Assembly (NCBI GenBank): GCA_034437695.1
Contig: DAOTTJ010000047.1
Coordinates: 7,613 to 71,612 of the forward strand
Origin: Ktedonobacteraceae bacterium
GTDB lineage: Bacteria; Chloroflexota; Ktedonobacteria; Ktedonobacterales; Ktedonobacteraceae
Reading direction: 5' to 3'
DNA length: 64,000 nucleotides
Shown: one piece after another, positions 9,683 to 22,098 of the stretch
Position numbering within the stretch: the first letter of the stretch is position 1
Layout: each line of letters begins with the position of its first letter
The notes under the pieces: generated by a model
Databases searched by the model: none
What the model was told of the DNA's origin: nothing
Seen by the model: only the letters and a program-made list of their open reading frames with translations
Made by a program: the position numbers and the translations under genes

Positions 9683-9727
9683 GTCTTTTGCTCATAGCTG
9701 AAACGCCACCTGTCATGAGCGTTTCAG

Positions 9728-10384
9728 CTATCCAGAACTGATGGATAACGCGCTCTTCGGACTTCCCTGTCTTTCTCTTCTGCATTTGGAATGAGCGTTC
9801 ATTCCAAATGCTGAGCAAAAAAATGAGCGTGTAATGGCATCCCAGCAGGCAGCCATCGCCTGCTCAATGGTGGCCTGATCCAGGTGAATGTGCTGCGTCA
9901 TGTGCGCTTCGACCAGCGCATTCATTGCCCCGGTGATCAGCGCCATCATCACACCAGGCAGCATCGCTTTCAGCAACCACTGGTGTGTGGCATCAATCAG
10001 CACTTGCTTGAGGCCCGCGACCAGCGCCGATACCTCGCCTTTGGCCCGCTCCTGGATAAAAGGAACCAGCGCCAGTTGGTTTGCCAGGAGGAATTCGCGC
10101 GGGTGCTCAATGCCGTACCAAACCATACTGGCGAGCAGAAAGACTACACGCACCGCCACTGCATGCGTTGTGTCATAGCCCCCCAGAACATGCTCAGTCA
10201 TCGCGGCTTTTATCTCGCTGAACAGGCAAATCACGAGATCTTCCTTGCTGGGAAAATAGTCGTAGATGGTCCCCATCCCAACCTGCGCCCGCTGCACAAT
10301 CTGGGACATGGCCACATCCTGCAATCCCTGCTCGCAAATAAGGTCGCCAGCATCACCTCTCATACCGCCTCGAATAACCACCAT
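9728..10384 (-). CDS. TetR-family transcriptional regulator
   Basis: GDLICEQGLQDVAMSQIVQRAQVGMGTIYDYFPSKEDLV is a TetR HTH. The helical ligand domain follows. Both the N-terminal start and the C-terminal tail look atypical. Confidence 0.7.
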   Translation of the reverse strand: MVVIRGGMRGDAGDLICEQGLQDVAMSQIVQRAQVGMGTIYDYFPSKEDLVICLFSEIKAAMTEHVLGGYDTTHAVAVRVVFLLASMVWYGIEHPREFLLANQLALVPFIQERAKGEVSALVAGLKQVLIDATHQWLLKAMLPGVMMALITGAMNALVEAHMTQHIHLDQATIEQAMAACWDAITRSFFCSAFGMNAHSKCRRERQGSPKSALSISSG

Positions 10385-10909
10385 ACAACGCAGGCAATAC
10401 TCGCTAGGACACCCTCTATCGTATCTGGCACACGAGTGCTTGTACCTCCAACCCCTGTAAACCCGCCAACCATAAGATGTGGACAGAACAGGTGGTCACA
10501 CAAATCATCTCCCAGGGCCAGGACAGCAGCGCCAACAGCATCAGTCCGGGTACCACTACCTAGCTCCCACCAACTCGCAGGACGACACCGATTGCGCTGG
10601 CTTTGGGTGGATACCCGATTATGCCGATACAACAGCTGCAGCCCATTTCTAGTACGGCGAGCTTCCTGGTTTCGGCACGCTGCTGCTTCCCAGTCCATCT
10701 GGCAATCTTACCGCCGATACATACGCGACAACCTTTGGTTGAAATTCTCCCCGCAATGGGAACAAACTGATCCACGTCACTACCTGGCTGGTATGCTGCT
10801 AGAAGCAGATGCGTATGCCGAGCGCAACACTGATCTCGCAAACAGATAATCTCTATGCCGGCGAGAACGCCCCAACCCCGGCTGGGGAACAGTCTCCAAT
10901 ATACTTTCT

Positions 10910-10956
10910 CTTTTGTTTTGCGTGTTTTGCCTCCGGCAAAACACGCAAAACAAAAG
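10910..10956. repeat. Perfect 22-bp inverted repeat with a 3-nt loop
   Basis: CTTTTGTTTTGCGTGTTTTGCC tcc GGCAAAACACGCAAAACAAAAG, read directly. It is followed by a second hairpin GCAGAGA g cacc TCTCTGC at 10958..10977. No supported gene lies on either side. Confidence 0.8.
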
Positions 10957-11130
10957 TGCAGAGAGCACCTCTCTGCTCCCTTCATACTTATTGCTCTGTC
11001 AATCTTCGATTGACGGCAGCAGGGATGCAAGGGGTGCAACCCCTTGAATGGGGTCGGGGGCGCAGCGACAGCCTTCTTTCCCCCTCTGCGTCGCCGCAGA
11101 CGACGCGTCAGAGGAAGCTTGACAAAGCAT

Positions 11131-11190
11131 TATGGGTGGGGCGGTCTTGCCCGACCATTAGGGAAGGACAAAAAACCTCCCTGTGAAAAC
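11131..11190. repeat. GC-rich intergenic repeat module (copy A), related to 22241..22300
   Basis: TATGGGTGGGGCGGTCTTGCCCGACCATTAGGGAAGGACAAAAAACCTCCCTGTGAAAAC versus TTGGGGTGGGGCGATCTTGCTCGACAACCAGGGAAGGATAAAAAACCTACCCCTGAAAAG. About four-fifths of positions are identical by eye. Confidence 0.7.
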
Positions 11191-11286
11191 TATCTCGAAT
11201 GGCTACGATGAGCAAGATTCTCTTGATTATCGTACTGCGATTGGCTATACTCCTTCCAGGAAATAGATATGAGAGGGAGATTTTCG

Positions 11287-11703
11287 ATGAGCCAGAACAA
11301 GCCACAGGTAGGCTATTTAAGAAGCTGTATGGACAGGCGTTTCCTGGCCCCAACTCGTCAGGCATTTGAACAGATTGCGAGACTTGGGGCGACCGAGTAT
11401 TATCACGAAGCTTTTGCTGGCGGGACGCTTGGAGTTCAGCCCGAGGTCAACGGTGCTCAGTACGTGTACGATCGTTCTTTTAAACATGAGCAAGATTTTA
11501 CCTTGATCTACATGGGTTGGCAGGTCCATCTCGACCATTGTGGCGGACTTCCAGGCAAGACAGATCCACAGATAGAAGAGGCGTTCAGGGATTTAATCTA
11601 TAGCGGAGACATACAAAGAACCTATCCCCAGGTGAGGCATGTCTTCTTTGTCGCTCAAACGAAGAATGGTCAGCCTGCCGTTGAGGTTATAAGTATGGGC
11701 TAA
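11287..11703 (+). CDS. Hypothetical protein (138 aa) with CxDxR and HxxHCGG motifs
   Basis: GAGGGAG Shine-Dalgarno about 7 nt before ATG 11287. Contains SCMDRRF and VHLDHCGGL. I do not recognise the family. Confidence 0.5.
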   Translation: MSQNKPQVGYLRSCMDRRFLAPTRQAFEQIARLGATEYYHEAFAGGTLGVQPEVNGAQYVYDRSFKHEQDFTLIYMGWQVHLDHCGGLPGKTDPQIEEAFRDLIYSGDIQRTYPQVRHVFFVAQTKNGQPAVEVISMG

Positions 11704-11713
11704 CAATAGATGG

Positions 11714-11751
11714 GTAGACTCAGGTGGCAACTGCCCATAGCCTGAGTCTAC
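11714..11751. terminator. Hairpin between convergent genes (11-bp stem GTAGACTCAGG/CCTGAGTCTAC)
   Basis: Arms at 11714..11724 and 11741..11751, lying between stop 11703 (+) and stop 11784 (-). Confidence 0.5.
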
Positions 11752-11783
11752 TTATCTAGAAAAACGAAACAACATCTTCCCCA

Positions 11784-14549
<2,766 letters not shown>

Positions 14550-14746
14550 TCAGCATACACAAGAGGTATCTTTGCTCAATGGAGAGCTTTCACCTCAGGT
14601 GCGAAAGATGCGCGTCACTTCCGTGTGAGTATAGAGGAAAGAACCCCAAAAAAGATCGTCCAAAAAGGCAGTGTGCGAGTAGACAGGAGGTGATACAATA
14701 AAAGTGGGAACAAGTGTGCTCGTTTTTGGGACATTTACTACGAGGT

Positions 14747-15610
14747 TCAAACACCCATAATTGTGGCAACGTAGTGCTGCGTTTCAACTGGCATACAACT
14801 GAGCCAGTTCGCCCCACAGGCGTTCTCGGCATTTTGTAACGATCCAGATCCCGCGTTATAGGCGGCCAGCGCTTTGGCGTAGCCACCATACTGTTTCGCA
14901 TAGCGAGCCATCATCTGCGCGGCAGCCTGCAATGCCTGGGTCGGGTTGAACGGATTGATCCCTAACCCGGCAGCTGTACCCGGCTCAAATTGTGCAATGC
15001 CTTCTGCTCCACCAGGCGAAACCGCGTAGGGATTGAAACCACTTTCCAGGGTAATCTGGCGCACAAAGTAGACAGGGGAGATGCCGGCATTCGTCGCGTC
15101 TTGCTCTGCCAGTACGACAAGCTGGCTGCGAGGAATAGTCATCGGTGGCAGACCACTGCTGCTATTGGCGTTCGCTGTATTATTGGTACTGCTGGTGCTG
15201 ACCGTCGGCTGAATGTTGTTCTGCGCATCCAGACTCTGCAAGTTTGTCCGCGCCGATTGCAGGAGAGAACCCAGCCTGGAGGTGAGGTTCCACGCACCCT
15301 GACCACTCGCGAGCGGCACCAGGGTCACTAACGTTCCCCCTAAGGCCAGCAGGATAATCAGCATGACGATGATATAGCGCGTACGCAGTTTTAAACGTCT
15401 GACGAGTATCTCACTGGTTGGAGCCTTCTTGCTGCGCTTTGTCTCGGCAGGAATAACCAGAACACGATTGGCCACAACCGGGGGTTTGGAAGATGCTCTG
15501 CTCCCAGGAAGCTCATCTATCATAGCTACAGCTTGCGGTCTGTTTTGCTCAACCTCTTGTGGCTTCTCATTCTTTGGAAATAGACTCACTTGCTGCATAC
15601 CCTGACGCAT
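14747..15610 (-). CDS. Membrane-anchored lytic transglycosylase (SLT domain)
   Basis: Single TM segment YIIVMLIILLALGGTLVTLV. C-terminal ITLESGFNPYAVSPGGAEGIAQFEPGTAAGLGINPF...AAYNAGSG (SLT motifs). Confidence 0.8.
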   Translation of the reverse strand: MRQGMQQVSLFPKNEKPQEVEQNRPQAVAMIDELPGSRASSKPPVVANRVLVIPAETKRSKKAPTSEILVRRLKLRTRYIIVMLIILLALGGTLVTLVPLASGQGAWNLTSRLGSLLQSARTNLQSLDAQNNIQPTVSTSSTNNTANANSSSGLPPMTIPRSQLVVLAEQDATNAGISPVYFVRQITLESGFNPYAVSPGGAEGIAQFEPGTAAGLGINPFNPTQALQAAAQMMARYAKQYGGYAKALAAYNAGSGSLQNAENACGANWLSCMPVETQHYVATIMGV

Positions 15611-15985
15611 GATGCCTCCTTATCACAAAATAGGCAGGCGTCACACCTTTGACTAAAAGCCTGCTTGTATTAGTCTACCGAGGTAGATTGGCATACGTCA
15701 ATCGTTCGGGGAGAGAAGCGGTAAAAAATAGGCCGAAACTCCCATTGCTGGAGAGAATTCGAGCCGACCTGGCTCATCACTACTTACAAATTCTCCTGGC
15801 TACTTGTAGATCCCAAGATTCTGTGGGAAATTTCTGTACAATTCTGCTGGCCATAAGATATACTCTGACGAGAATGCTGGGTCAAGCGGTATCAAGAGCA
15901 AGGATTGGCTGGACTCGTTACGACGGCGCGAAAGGATATGGGTACGCTCCGAACAGTGCGTGTTGTTTCTGGAGGCGGAAAGGGA

Positions 15986-18610
15986 ATGAACGCTATGGAA
16001 CCCTCGACCAATCGACCTCTCCGGTGCTCGCAGATCATCGGTCGAACCGCTGCATTCGCTGCTCTTTGCTCGCTTGTAGAGCAAGCCAAAGAGGGGCAAG
16101 GTCACATTGCACTGATCGCGGGAGAGGCGGGGATCGGCAAATCACTTCTGGTGAGTGAGTTGAAAACCACTGCCGTTGCCCGGAAGTTCCTGGTTGTGCA
16201 GGGCGTCTGCTTCCCGACGGATCTGACCTATCCCTACTCACCCTTGCTCGACCTCTTGCGTGCGCTCGTGGCTTCCAACCCGAGCGTCTCGCTCACTGCC
16301 GAGGTCTCGACCTTAGCTCGTGATCTCTTTCCTTTGCTCCCTGAACTAGTTCCTGACCAAGCAATCTCACCCTCACGTCTCGAACCCGAACAAGAGAAAC
16401 GCCGTCTTTTCGCTGTCCTGGCGACATTCTTTCTCCACCTGTCAACACAGACCCCCGTGCTTCTGATCATTGAGGATGTACACTGGAGCGACGACACGAG
16501 CCTGGACTTTCTTCACTATCTGGCACGGCGCTCTGCGTCTCAGCCACTTCTGCTCCTGATCACGTACCGCCATGAAGAGATACGGCCAGCGTTGAGCAAC
16601 TGGCTTGCACAACTCGACCAAGAACGGCTCGCTCATGTGGTCAGGCTCGTGCCTCTTTCTCGTATCGAGGTCGATACGATATTGTCAACCATCTTTGAGG
16701 AGCGGCACACCAGTGTCGACATGCGCCGCTTTCTGCATGGGGAACTCCTGGACGCTCTCTACACGCTGACAGAAGGCAACCCCTTTTTCATCGAGGAAAC
16801 ACTCAGCTCGCTCATCGCAGCCGGTGATATTTACTCCTTCCAGGGCTATTGGCATCGCAAGGCTGGTAGTGAGATCTCTATTCCACGAAGCGTCCAGGAC
16901 TCAGTAGACCGGCGAACGGCACGCGTGAGCGAGGCAGCCAGACATGTGTTGACCCTGGCTGCCGTGGCCGGGCGGCACTTTGATTTTGCCCTCCTCCAAC
17001 AGCTTACCCAGTATGATGAGCACCAACTCCTCTTGCTCATGAAAGAGTTGATCTCTGCTCAACTCGTGGTCGAAGAATCTGCTGACCAGTTTGCGTTTCG
17101 ACACGCGTTGACGCGACAAGCCATTTATAGCCAATTGCTTACCCGTGAGCGTCGCATGCTACACCAGACTATTGCCGAAACCATGCAGCAGTCTGTCACA
17201 GCCAATCTGCCCCTGGAGGATCTCGCTTCGCATTTTTATCGGCGCAAGACTGGCAGAAAGCCGGAGCCTATGCACAACGCGCTGGGGAAAAAGCGCTAGG
17301 GCTGTATGCGCACCGTGCGGCCGTCGACTATTTCACCTGGGCGCTCTCTGCGGCTCATCATCTGTCTCTCCCTCCTGCACTTGCGTTGTACCGCGCACGC
17401 GGGCAGGCATATGAAACGCTCGGCGACTACACCCAGGCATTGGATGGTGCTCGCGAGGCGAATAATCGCTCGGCAGAATGGCAAAGCGCTATTGACCCTG
17501 GGGTTTCTGTGGGCAAGACGCGACTACACGCAGGCAGAATCATGGTTTCGCCAGGCGCTGGTCTTAGCGCAGTCGCTCAATGATCCGGCTCTCTACGCGC
17601 ATAGCCTCAACCGCATCGGCAATTGGCACCTGAATGCGGAGCACCCACACGAGGCCCTGAGCGCCCACCGAGAGGCATTGACGATTTTTGAGCACCTCCA
17701 GGATTCCCCTGGCATCGCGGAGACACTGGACCTGCTGGGCATGACAAGCTATCTTGGGGGCGATCTGATTGGGGTACTGCATACTACCAGCAGGCAGTCG
17801 TGCTCTTTCGTCGGCTGGGGAACAAGCCTGGCAACCTTAGCGTTGCGAGGTCCGACCTCTCAAACGGATACCCTGGTCTCGGTAGCGAGTTTAACCGAAG
17901 GAATCCAGGACGCTGAACTCGCTTTACGCATTGCACGCGAGATTGGACAGCGCTCTGCTGAAGCGTATGTGCTCTTCCAGCTAGGACTCTGTCTGGGATC
18001 TCAGGGAGAGTACGGGCGTGCTATAGCGACAGCGCGGCAGAGCCTGGACATCTCTGAGGAAATTGAGCATCGCCAATGGCAAACGGCCGCCCATACCGTT
18101 CTCGGGGGAATAGATAGCGGCCTGCTCGCCTACCCGCAGGCCCTTGAGCACTTCAAGCAAGCGTTGGCACTTGCACAGGAGATCGGCTCCATCTTTTGGA
18201 CACACATCACGATGGGATACCTCGCCTCTACAGCCATCTTGCTGCATGATCTTCCCCAGGCGGAAACGATCCTGCATGCCACACCAAGTTCTGATAGGCC
18301 CGCGCAAACGATGGCACAGCATATGGTCTGGGGTGCATCCGTGGAACTTGCACTCGCACGGGGAAAGCCTACTCACGCCTTAGAAATGCTCGATCAGTTG
18401 ATCCCTTCCACCACACAGGGAGCTGAGGGGCAAAGCAGCCTGCGCGTCTTAAAACTGCGCGGCGAAGCACTCGTGGCATTACAACAACCAGCCGAAGCCG
18501 AAATGGCCTTCACGAGCGCATACGAGATTGCTCGGACGCAGGGAGTGCGGCCGAGGCACCTGCACCTGTGTATTTCCCTCGGCAATCTCTATCATGCCGA
18601 GGCTCGACAG
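15986..18610 (+). pseudogene. Large AAA_16 ATPase + TPR regulator, multiply frameshifted and 3'-truncated
   Basis: IIGRTAAFAALCSLVEQAKEGQGHIALIAGEAGIGKS (P-loop), LLIIEDVHWSDDTSLDFL (Walker B). TPR text switches frame near 17240, 17460, 17770 and 17830, for example AQDWQKAGAYAQRAGEKALGLYAHRAAVDYF and AYYQQAVVLFRRLGNKPGNLS off-frame. It ends abruptly at LGNLYHAEARQKE. Confidence 0.75.
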
Positions 18611-18611
18611 A

Positions 18612-18941
18612 AGGAACTACTGGACATGGTGGAAGTACTTGGCATTGGCTCTGTTGATTTTCTTGACTGCCCTGATGGAGATCTTGACCAGGCCGATTCG
18701 TGCCTTGATCGTCGGGAAGATCGTCGGCCATCTCCGACATATCAGGCCAGATGTTGTTATCACCTTTGGACCCTATGGTGGATATGGACACCCGGATCAC
18801 ATTGCTATTTCCCAGTTGACTACGACGGCGATTGTGGAGGCCGCTAACCCGCTCTCGCCGTTCTCCCAGCAGTTGGTTCCACACAGTGTCTCAAAGTTCT
18901 ATTACATGGCCGAGACCGATATGATTCCCATTGTCTACTAG
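18612..18941 (+). pseudogene. PIG-L/LmbE-family deacetylase fragment (N-terminus missing, frameshifted)
   Basis: VEVLGIGSVDFLDCPDGDLDQ lies in the frame of the upstream ORF. After that, IRALIVGKIVGHLRHIRPDVVITFGPYGGYGHPDHIAISQ appears in ORF 18528..18941. Confidence 0.7.
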
Positions 18942-19012
18942 GGACACCAGGTGGCCTATCATTTCGTGCGCAAGGTCAACGCTTGAATAAAGAATAACCA
19001 TGCCGAGGCCAG

Positions 19013-19044
19013 AAAATCGCCAGTTTCATGCTGGCGATTTTTTT
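19013..19044. terminator. Rho-independent-type bidirectional terminator
   Basis: AAAATCGCCAG tttcatg CTGGCGATTTTTTT, read directly, between the + fragment ending at 18941 and the - gene ending at 19130. Confidence 0.7.
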
Positions 19045-19129
19045 AATGGCAGATCAACGTGTCAAAACCTGGCGTCTTTCATAAGGAAGTGACACAAAAG
19101 AGAGACCCGCAAAATCTTGGAATTTATAG

Positions 19130-19924
19130 TTAATCGCCACTATCGCCACTATCGGATGTGGTTACATTGATGGTGATATTCATATTGGGAGTCGTTTTGC
19201 TCGTAATCTGGTACATTCCATCTGTGTCAAAGGCCACACTCACGGTCTGACCTGGTTGCACGATCAGCCCGCTATCAAGTTGAGAGGGATCGCCGCTCTT
19301 AGGTTGGCAGTGCTGATCCACTCCTATGCAGAGGATCTGCGTAACTCCATTGGCCGGATTGCGAAAATGGATGGTGTCTCCGTCATTAATGTCGACGGCA
19401 GTAGTACGAAGAAAACCAGTACTGGTCATGCTAATGTTGGGATTGACGAAGACATGCCAGAACAAACCTATGCTGATAGCTACAACACCGAAAATAACGA
19501 ACAACCCACTAACCCGGTTACCCAGAGACTTGCCCCCTATCATCCTGGCTACCCGCGACAGGAGTACCAGTATGAGTATAACCACAACTGCACCTATGAT
19601 CAGATCTATAGTATTGAATGGCAGATCTCCCTGGTAGAAGATGGCTGGGGGTTGAGATTGGATTTTGGCGACGATGAAGATCACACCGAAGCATATGCCA
19701 ATAAAAACCAGTAGAACGAGGAAACACCCCATGCAACCGGTCCGTCGCTTGCGGTTCACACGGGAATATGGACCAACTGGGCTTACGAAACCAGGCTGAG
19801 GATAGGAATTATTGGGGTTATATGGGTCATTCGGACTATAAGGATTGTTCGGCGGATACTGGCCAAATGGGCTGTTCTGGTTAAACATCCTTTTATTCTT
19901 TCTGGTCCCCACGGGACGCTTCAT
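19130..19924 (-). CDS. Membrane protein: Pro/Asn-rich N-terminal tail, TM segments, C-terminal cupredoxin-like beta domain (start uncertain)
   Basis: NSPFGQYPPNNPYSPNDPYNPNNSYPQP. TM segments include CMGCFLVLLVFIGICFGVIFIV. C-terminal DINDGDTIHFRNPANGVTQILCIGVDQHC...GQTVSVAFDTDGMYQITS resembles a cupredoxin fold. Alternative starts at 19975 (GTG) and 19888. Confidence 0.55.
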   Translation of the reverse strand: MKRPVGTRKNKRMFNQNSPFGQYPPNNPYSPNDPYNPNNSYPQPGFVSPVGPYSRVNRKRRTGCMGCFLVLLVFIGICFGVIFIVAKIQSQPPAIFYQGDLPFNTIDLIIGAVVVILILVLLSRVARMIGGKSLGNRVSGLFVIFGVVAISIGLFWHVFVNPNISMTSTGFLRTTAVDINDGDTIHFRNPANGVTQILCIGVDQHCQPKSGDPSQLDSGLIVQPGQTVSVAFDTDGMYQITSKTTPNMNITINVTTSDSGDSGD

Positions 19925-20314
19925 GCTTTGTTTGCTCGTTTTCACGAAAAGTATAACAGAGCATCGCGTCTCCACCTATGAAGGTGCTCATAACCAGAGA
20001 GTGAAGTATCCCCCATCACAACGGCTCTAATGACTTTTGGTATGACCTTCTTCTTTATCGCGCTTCATAACGGTGCGTGCGGCCACTTCTAATAATCGAT
20101 TCTCAATGTCCTTGCTCCTACATTCCTACAGTGTGGAAGGTTCCAGCACCTTGCTTGTCTGCGATCTCCCTTGCTTCGCTAAGGAAACTCACGTTATAAT
20201 GAAACATGCGCCGCGCTTTCTGCTGGCCAGGGCATTCTTGTAGAAACTCACCAGACGAATTAAAGCAAGGTCAGGAGCATCTTTTGCTCACGATCTATCT
20301 ATGGAGGCTGAGAT

Positions 20315-21151
20315 ATGTATGCACATGTCGATAATCACGAGGTTTTTTCTATCATGCTTGGCAACGGTCGCCCCATCCTCTTTCTCCACGGCGGTTCAGG
20401 ATTTGACCATACGTATTTTCGTCCCTGGCTCGATACCCTCAGCGAACAAGCTCAACTTATCTACTACGATCAATTTGGGCAGGGACGTTCAACCCGACCC
20501 GCATCCTACGACGAGATTACGATGACAACCTGGGCAGATGAAGCGGACGCGCTGCGCGAAGCTCTCGGCCATGAGCGGATTATCCTGTTTGGCCACTCTT
20601 TCGGCGGCTTTCTGGCCCAGGAGTACGCCTTGCGGCATGGAGACCACCTGGACGCTCTGATCCTCTCAAATACTTCTCCCGCTCTCGACTATCCAGATGT
20701 GATGCTTGCCAACGCACAACAGCGAGCAACGCCGGCACAATTCGCGGCGCTGGTGGCCGCCCTTTCCTCGCCCATACCCGACGATGAAACATTCAAGACG
20801 ACATTCAACGCCATCCTACCTATCTATTTTAACCACTACGATCCAACGGTTGGTACCCCACTGGGCGAGACAATCCAGTATAGCGCTGGAGCCTTCAACC
20901 AGGGCATGGGCAAACTTGTCCAGATGTTCAATACCCTCGATCGACTTGCGGAGATCACGATGCCAACCCTGGTTATCGGCGGCAGGTACGATTGGATTAC
21001 TCCACCGGCCCAGGCCTCACAGCGTCTGGCCGCAGGTCTGCCCAACGCGCAACTGCATATCTTCGAGGAAAGCGGTCACTTCCCCTTTATCGAGGAAAAC
21101 GCAGCCTATCTCGCACTCGTCAGAACCTGGCTGGCTGGCCTCGACGCCTGA
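20315..21151 (+). CDS. Alpha/beta hydrolase (proline-iminopeptidase-like)
   Basis: ILFLHGGSGFDHTYF, nucleophile elbow LFGHSFGG, C-terminal ESGHFPFIEE. GGAGG Shine-Dalgarno before the ATG. Confidence 0.8.
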   Translation: MYAHVDNHEVFSIMLGNGRPILFLHGGSGFDHTYFRPWLDTLSEQAQLIYYDQFGQGRSTRPASYDEITMTTWADEADALREALGHERIILFGHSFGGFLAQEYALRHGDHLDALILSNTSPALDYPDVMLANAQQRATPAQFAALVAALSSPIPDDETFKTTFNAILPIYFNHYDPTVGTPLGETIQYSAGAFNQGMGKLVQMFNTLDRLAEITMPTLVIGGRYDWITPPAQASQRLAAGLPNAQLHIFEESGHFPFIEENAAYLALVRTWLAGLDA

Positions 21152-21222
21152 AGACCAGACAAGAAGGTGTCGGTTATTCCTTTTCATCCGGTGGTCCGGG
21201 TCTCTGTTTGGCCGCTCAGCAG

Positions 21223-22047
21223 TTATACCGCGAAGAGTGAGGGTTGTTGTTCAAGCACGTGGATCGTGTCCCCCACATGGATCGTTCCTCGCGCTGTTGA
21301 AAGCAGATACTGCCCAAAGAATACCTTCTGCTTGAACGTGCGATAGCGGGCCAGCGTGGTCAGTGGTTCTTTGCCCGTCATCACGCCCGCAGTAGGGTCT
21401 ACGGTGGTAATTGCGCAGCGCTCGCAGGGCTTCACTACATGAAACGTCAATCCGTTGATCTGAATGGTGCGCCACTCATCCTCGGCAAACGCTGACGCAC
21501 CAGCTACCACTAGATTGGGGCGAAAACGCTCAAGCGAGACGGGGGTTGCGAGTCGCCGATTGAGATCGTCCAGCGAGCCTGCACCGAGCAGATGGTATTG
21601 GAAACTTGTAAAGGCGGCGAGATCCTGGTTGATCTCGTAGCCTGGTTCGACGGTGTGTCGCGCTTGCTCAGGCATAAAGACCAGGCGACAGGGAGCGTGC
21701 AAAAAGTCTGCAAACCAGGCGTCGGCCTCGTCACTGGCAGGGAACACCTCACTAGCTCCCTGGAACCACTGCGCGGCCAGCGACGTATTATGCTGCGGCT
21801 GCAAAGGCACCTGGAGCATGGTCATACCTGGGGCCTGGATCAACAGACTCTCTCCGCTGAATGCGACGACGATGTTGGCCAGACGCGGATAGTCAAACTG
21901 GTGAAGGTCTGTTCCATCAGCGTGGACCAGCATCCAGCGCCGGTCGTATTGCAATCCACGACTATCCAGGCCAGCCTGCTGAACGTCTGTTCCCGCACAG
22001 GCTTTGATCGGATAGATACGAATATGACTGAGCGTAAGCACTGACAT
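21223..22047 (-). CDS. MOSC domain protein (MOSC_N beta-barrel + MOSC)
   Basis: IRIYPIKACAG...LQYDRRWMLV, RFRPNLVVAG...FAEDEW, VKPCERCAITTVDP (conserved MOSC Cys). Confidence 0.85.
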   Translation of the reverse strand: MSVLTLSHIRIYPIKACAGTDVQQAGLDSRGLQYDRRWMLVHADGTDLHQFDYPRLANIVVAFSGESLLIQAPGMTMLQVPLQPQHNTSLAAQWFQGASEVFPASDEADAWFADFLHAPCRLVFMPEQARHTVEPGYEINQDLAAFTSFQYHLLGAGSLDDLNRRLATPVSLERFRPNLVVAGASAFAEDEWRTIQINGLTFHVVKPCERCAITTVDPTAGVMTGKEPLTTLARYRTFKQKVFFGQYLLSTARGTIHVGDTIHVLEQQPSLFAV

Positions 22048-22098
22048 ACCATCCGCTTTCTGTGAGAGCTACTCACATAGGGCTATACAAAAGTCGTC

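Noticed and set aside
9884-10849. 321-aa plus-strand ORF
   Set aside because: The first half is antisense to the TetR gene at 9728..10384, and the remainder crosses a region with no recognisable protein signal. The composition is His/Arg/Pro-rich.
20030-20300. Possible gene remnant on the minus strand (for example ...FLQECPGQQKARRMFHYNVSFLSEAREIADKQGAGTFHTVGM)
   Set aside because: The frames are short and interrupted, and I cannot assign them to any family, so the evidence is insufficient to call a pseudogene.
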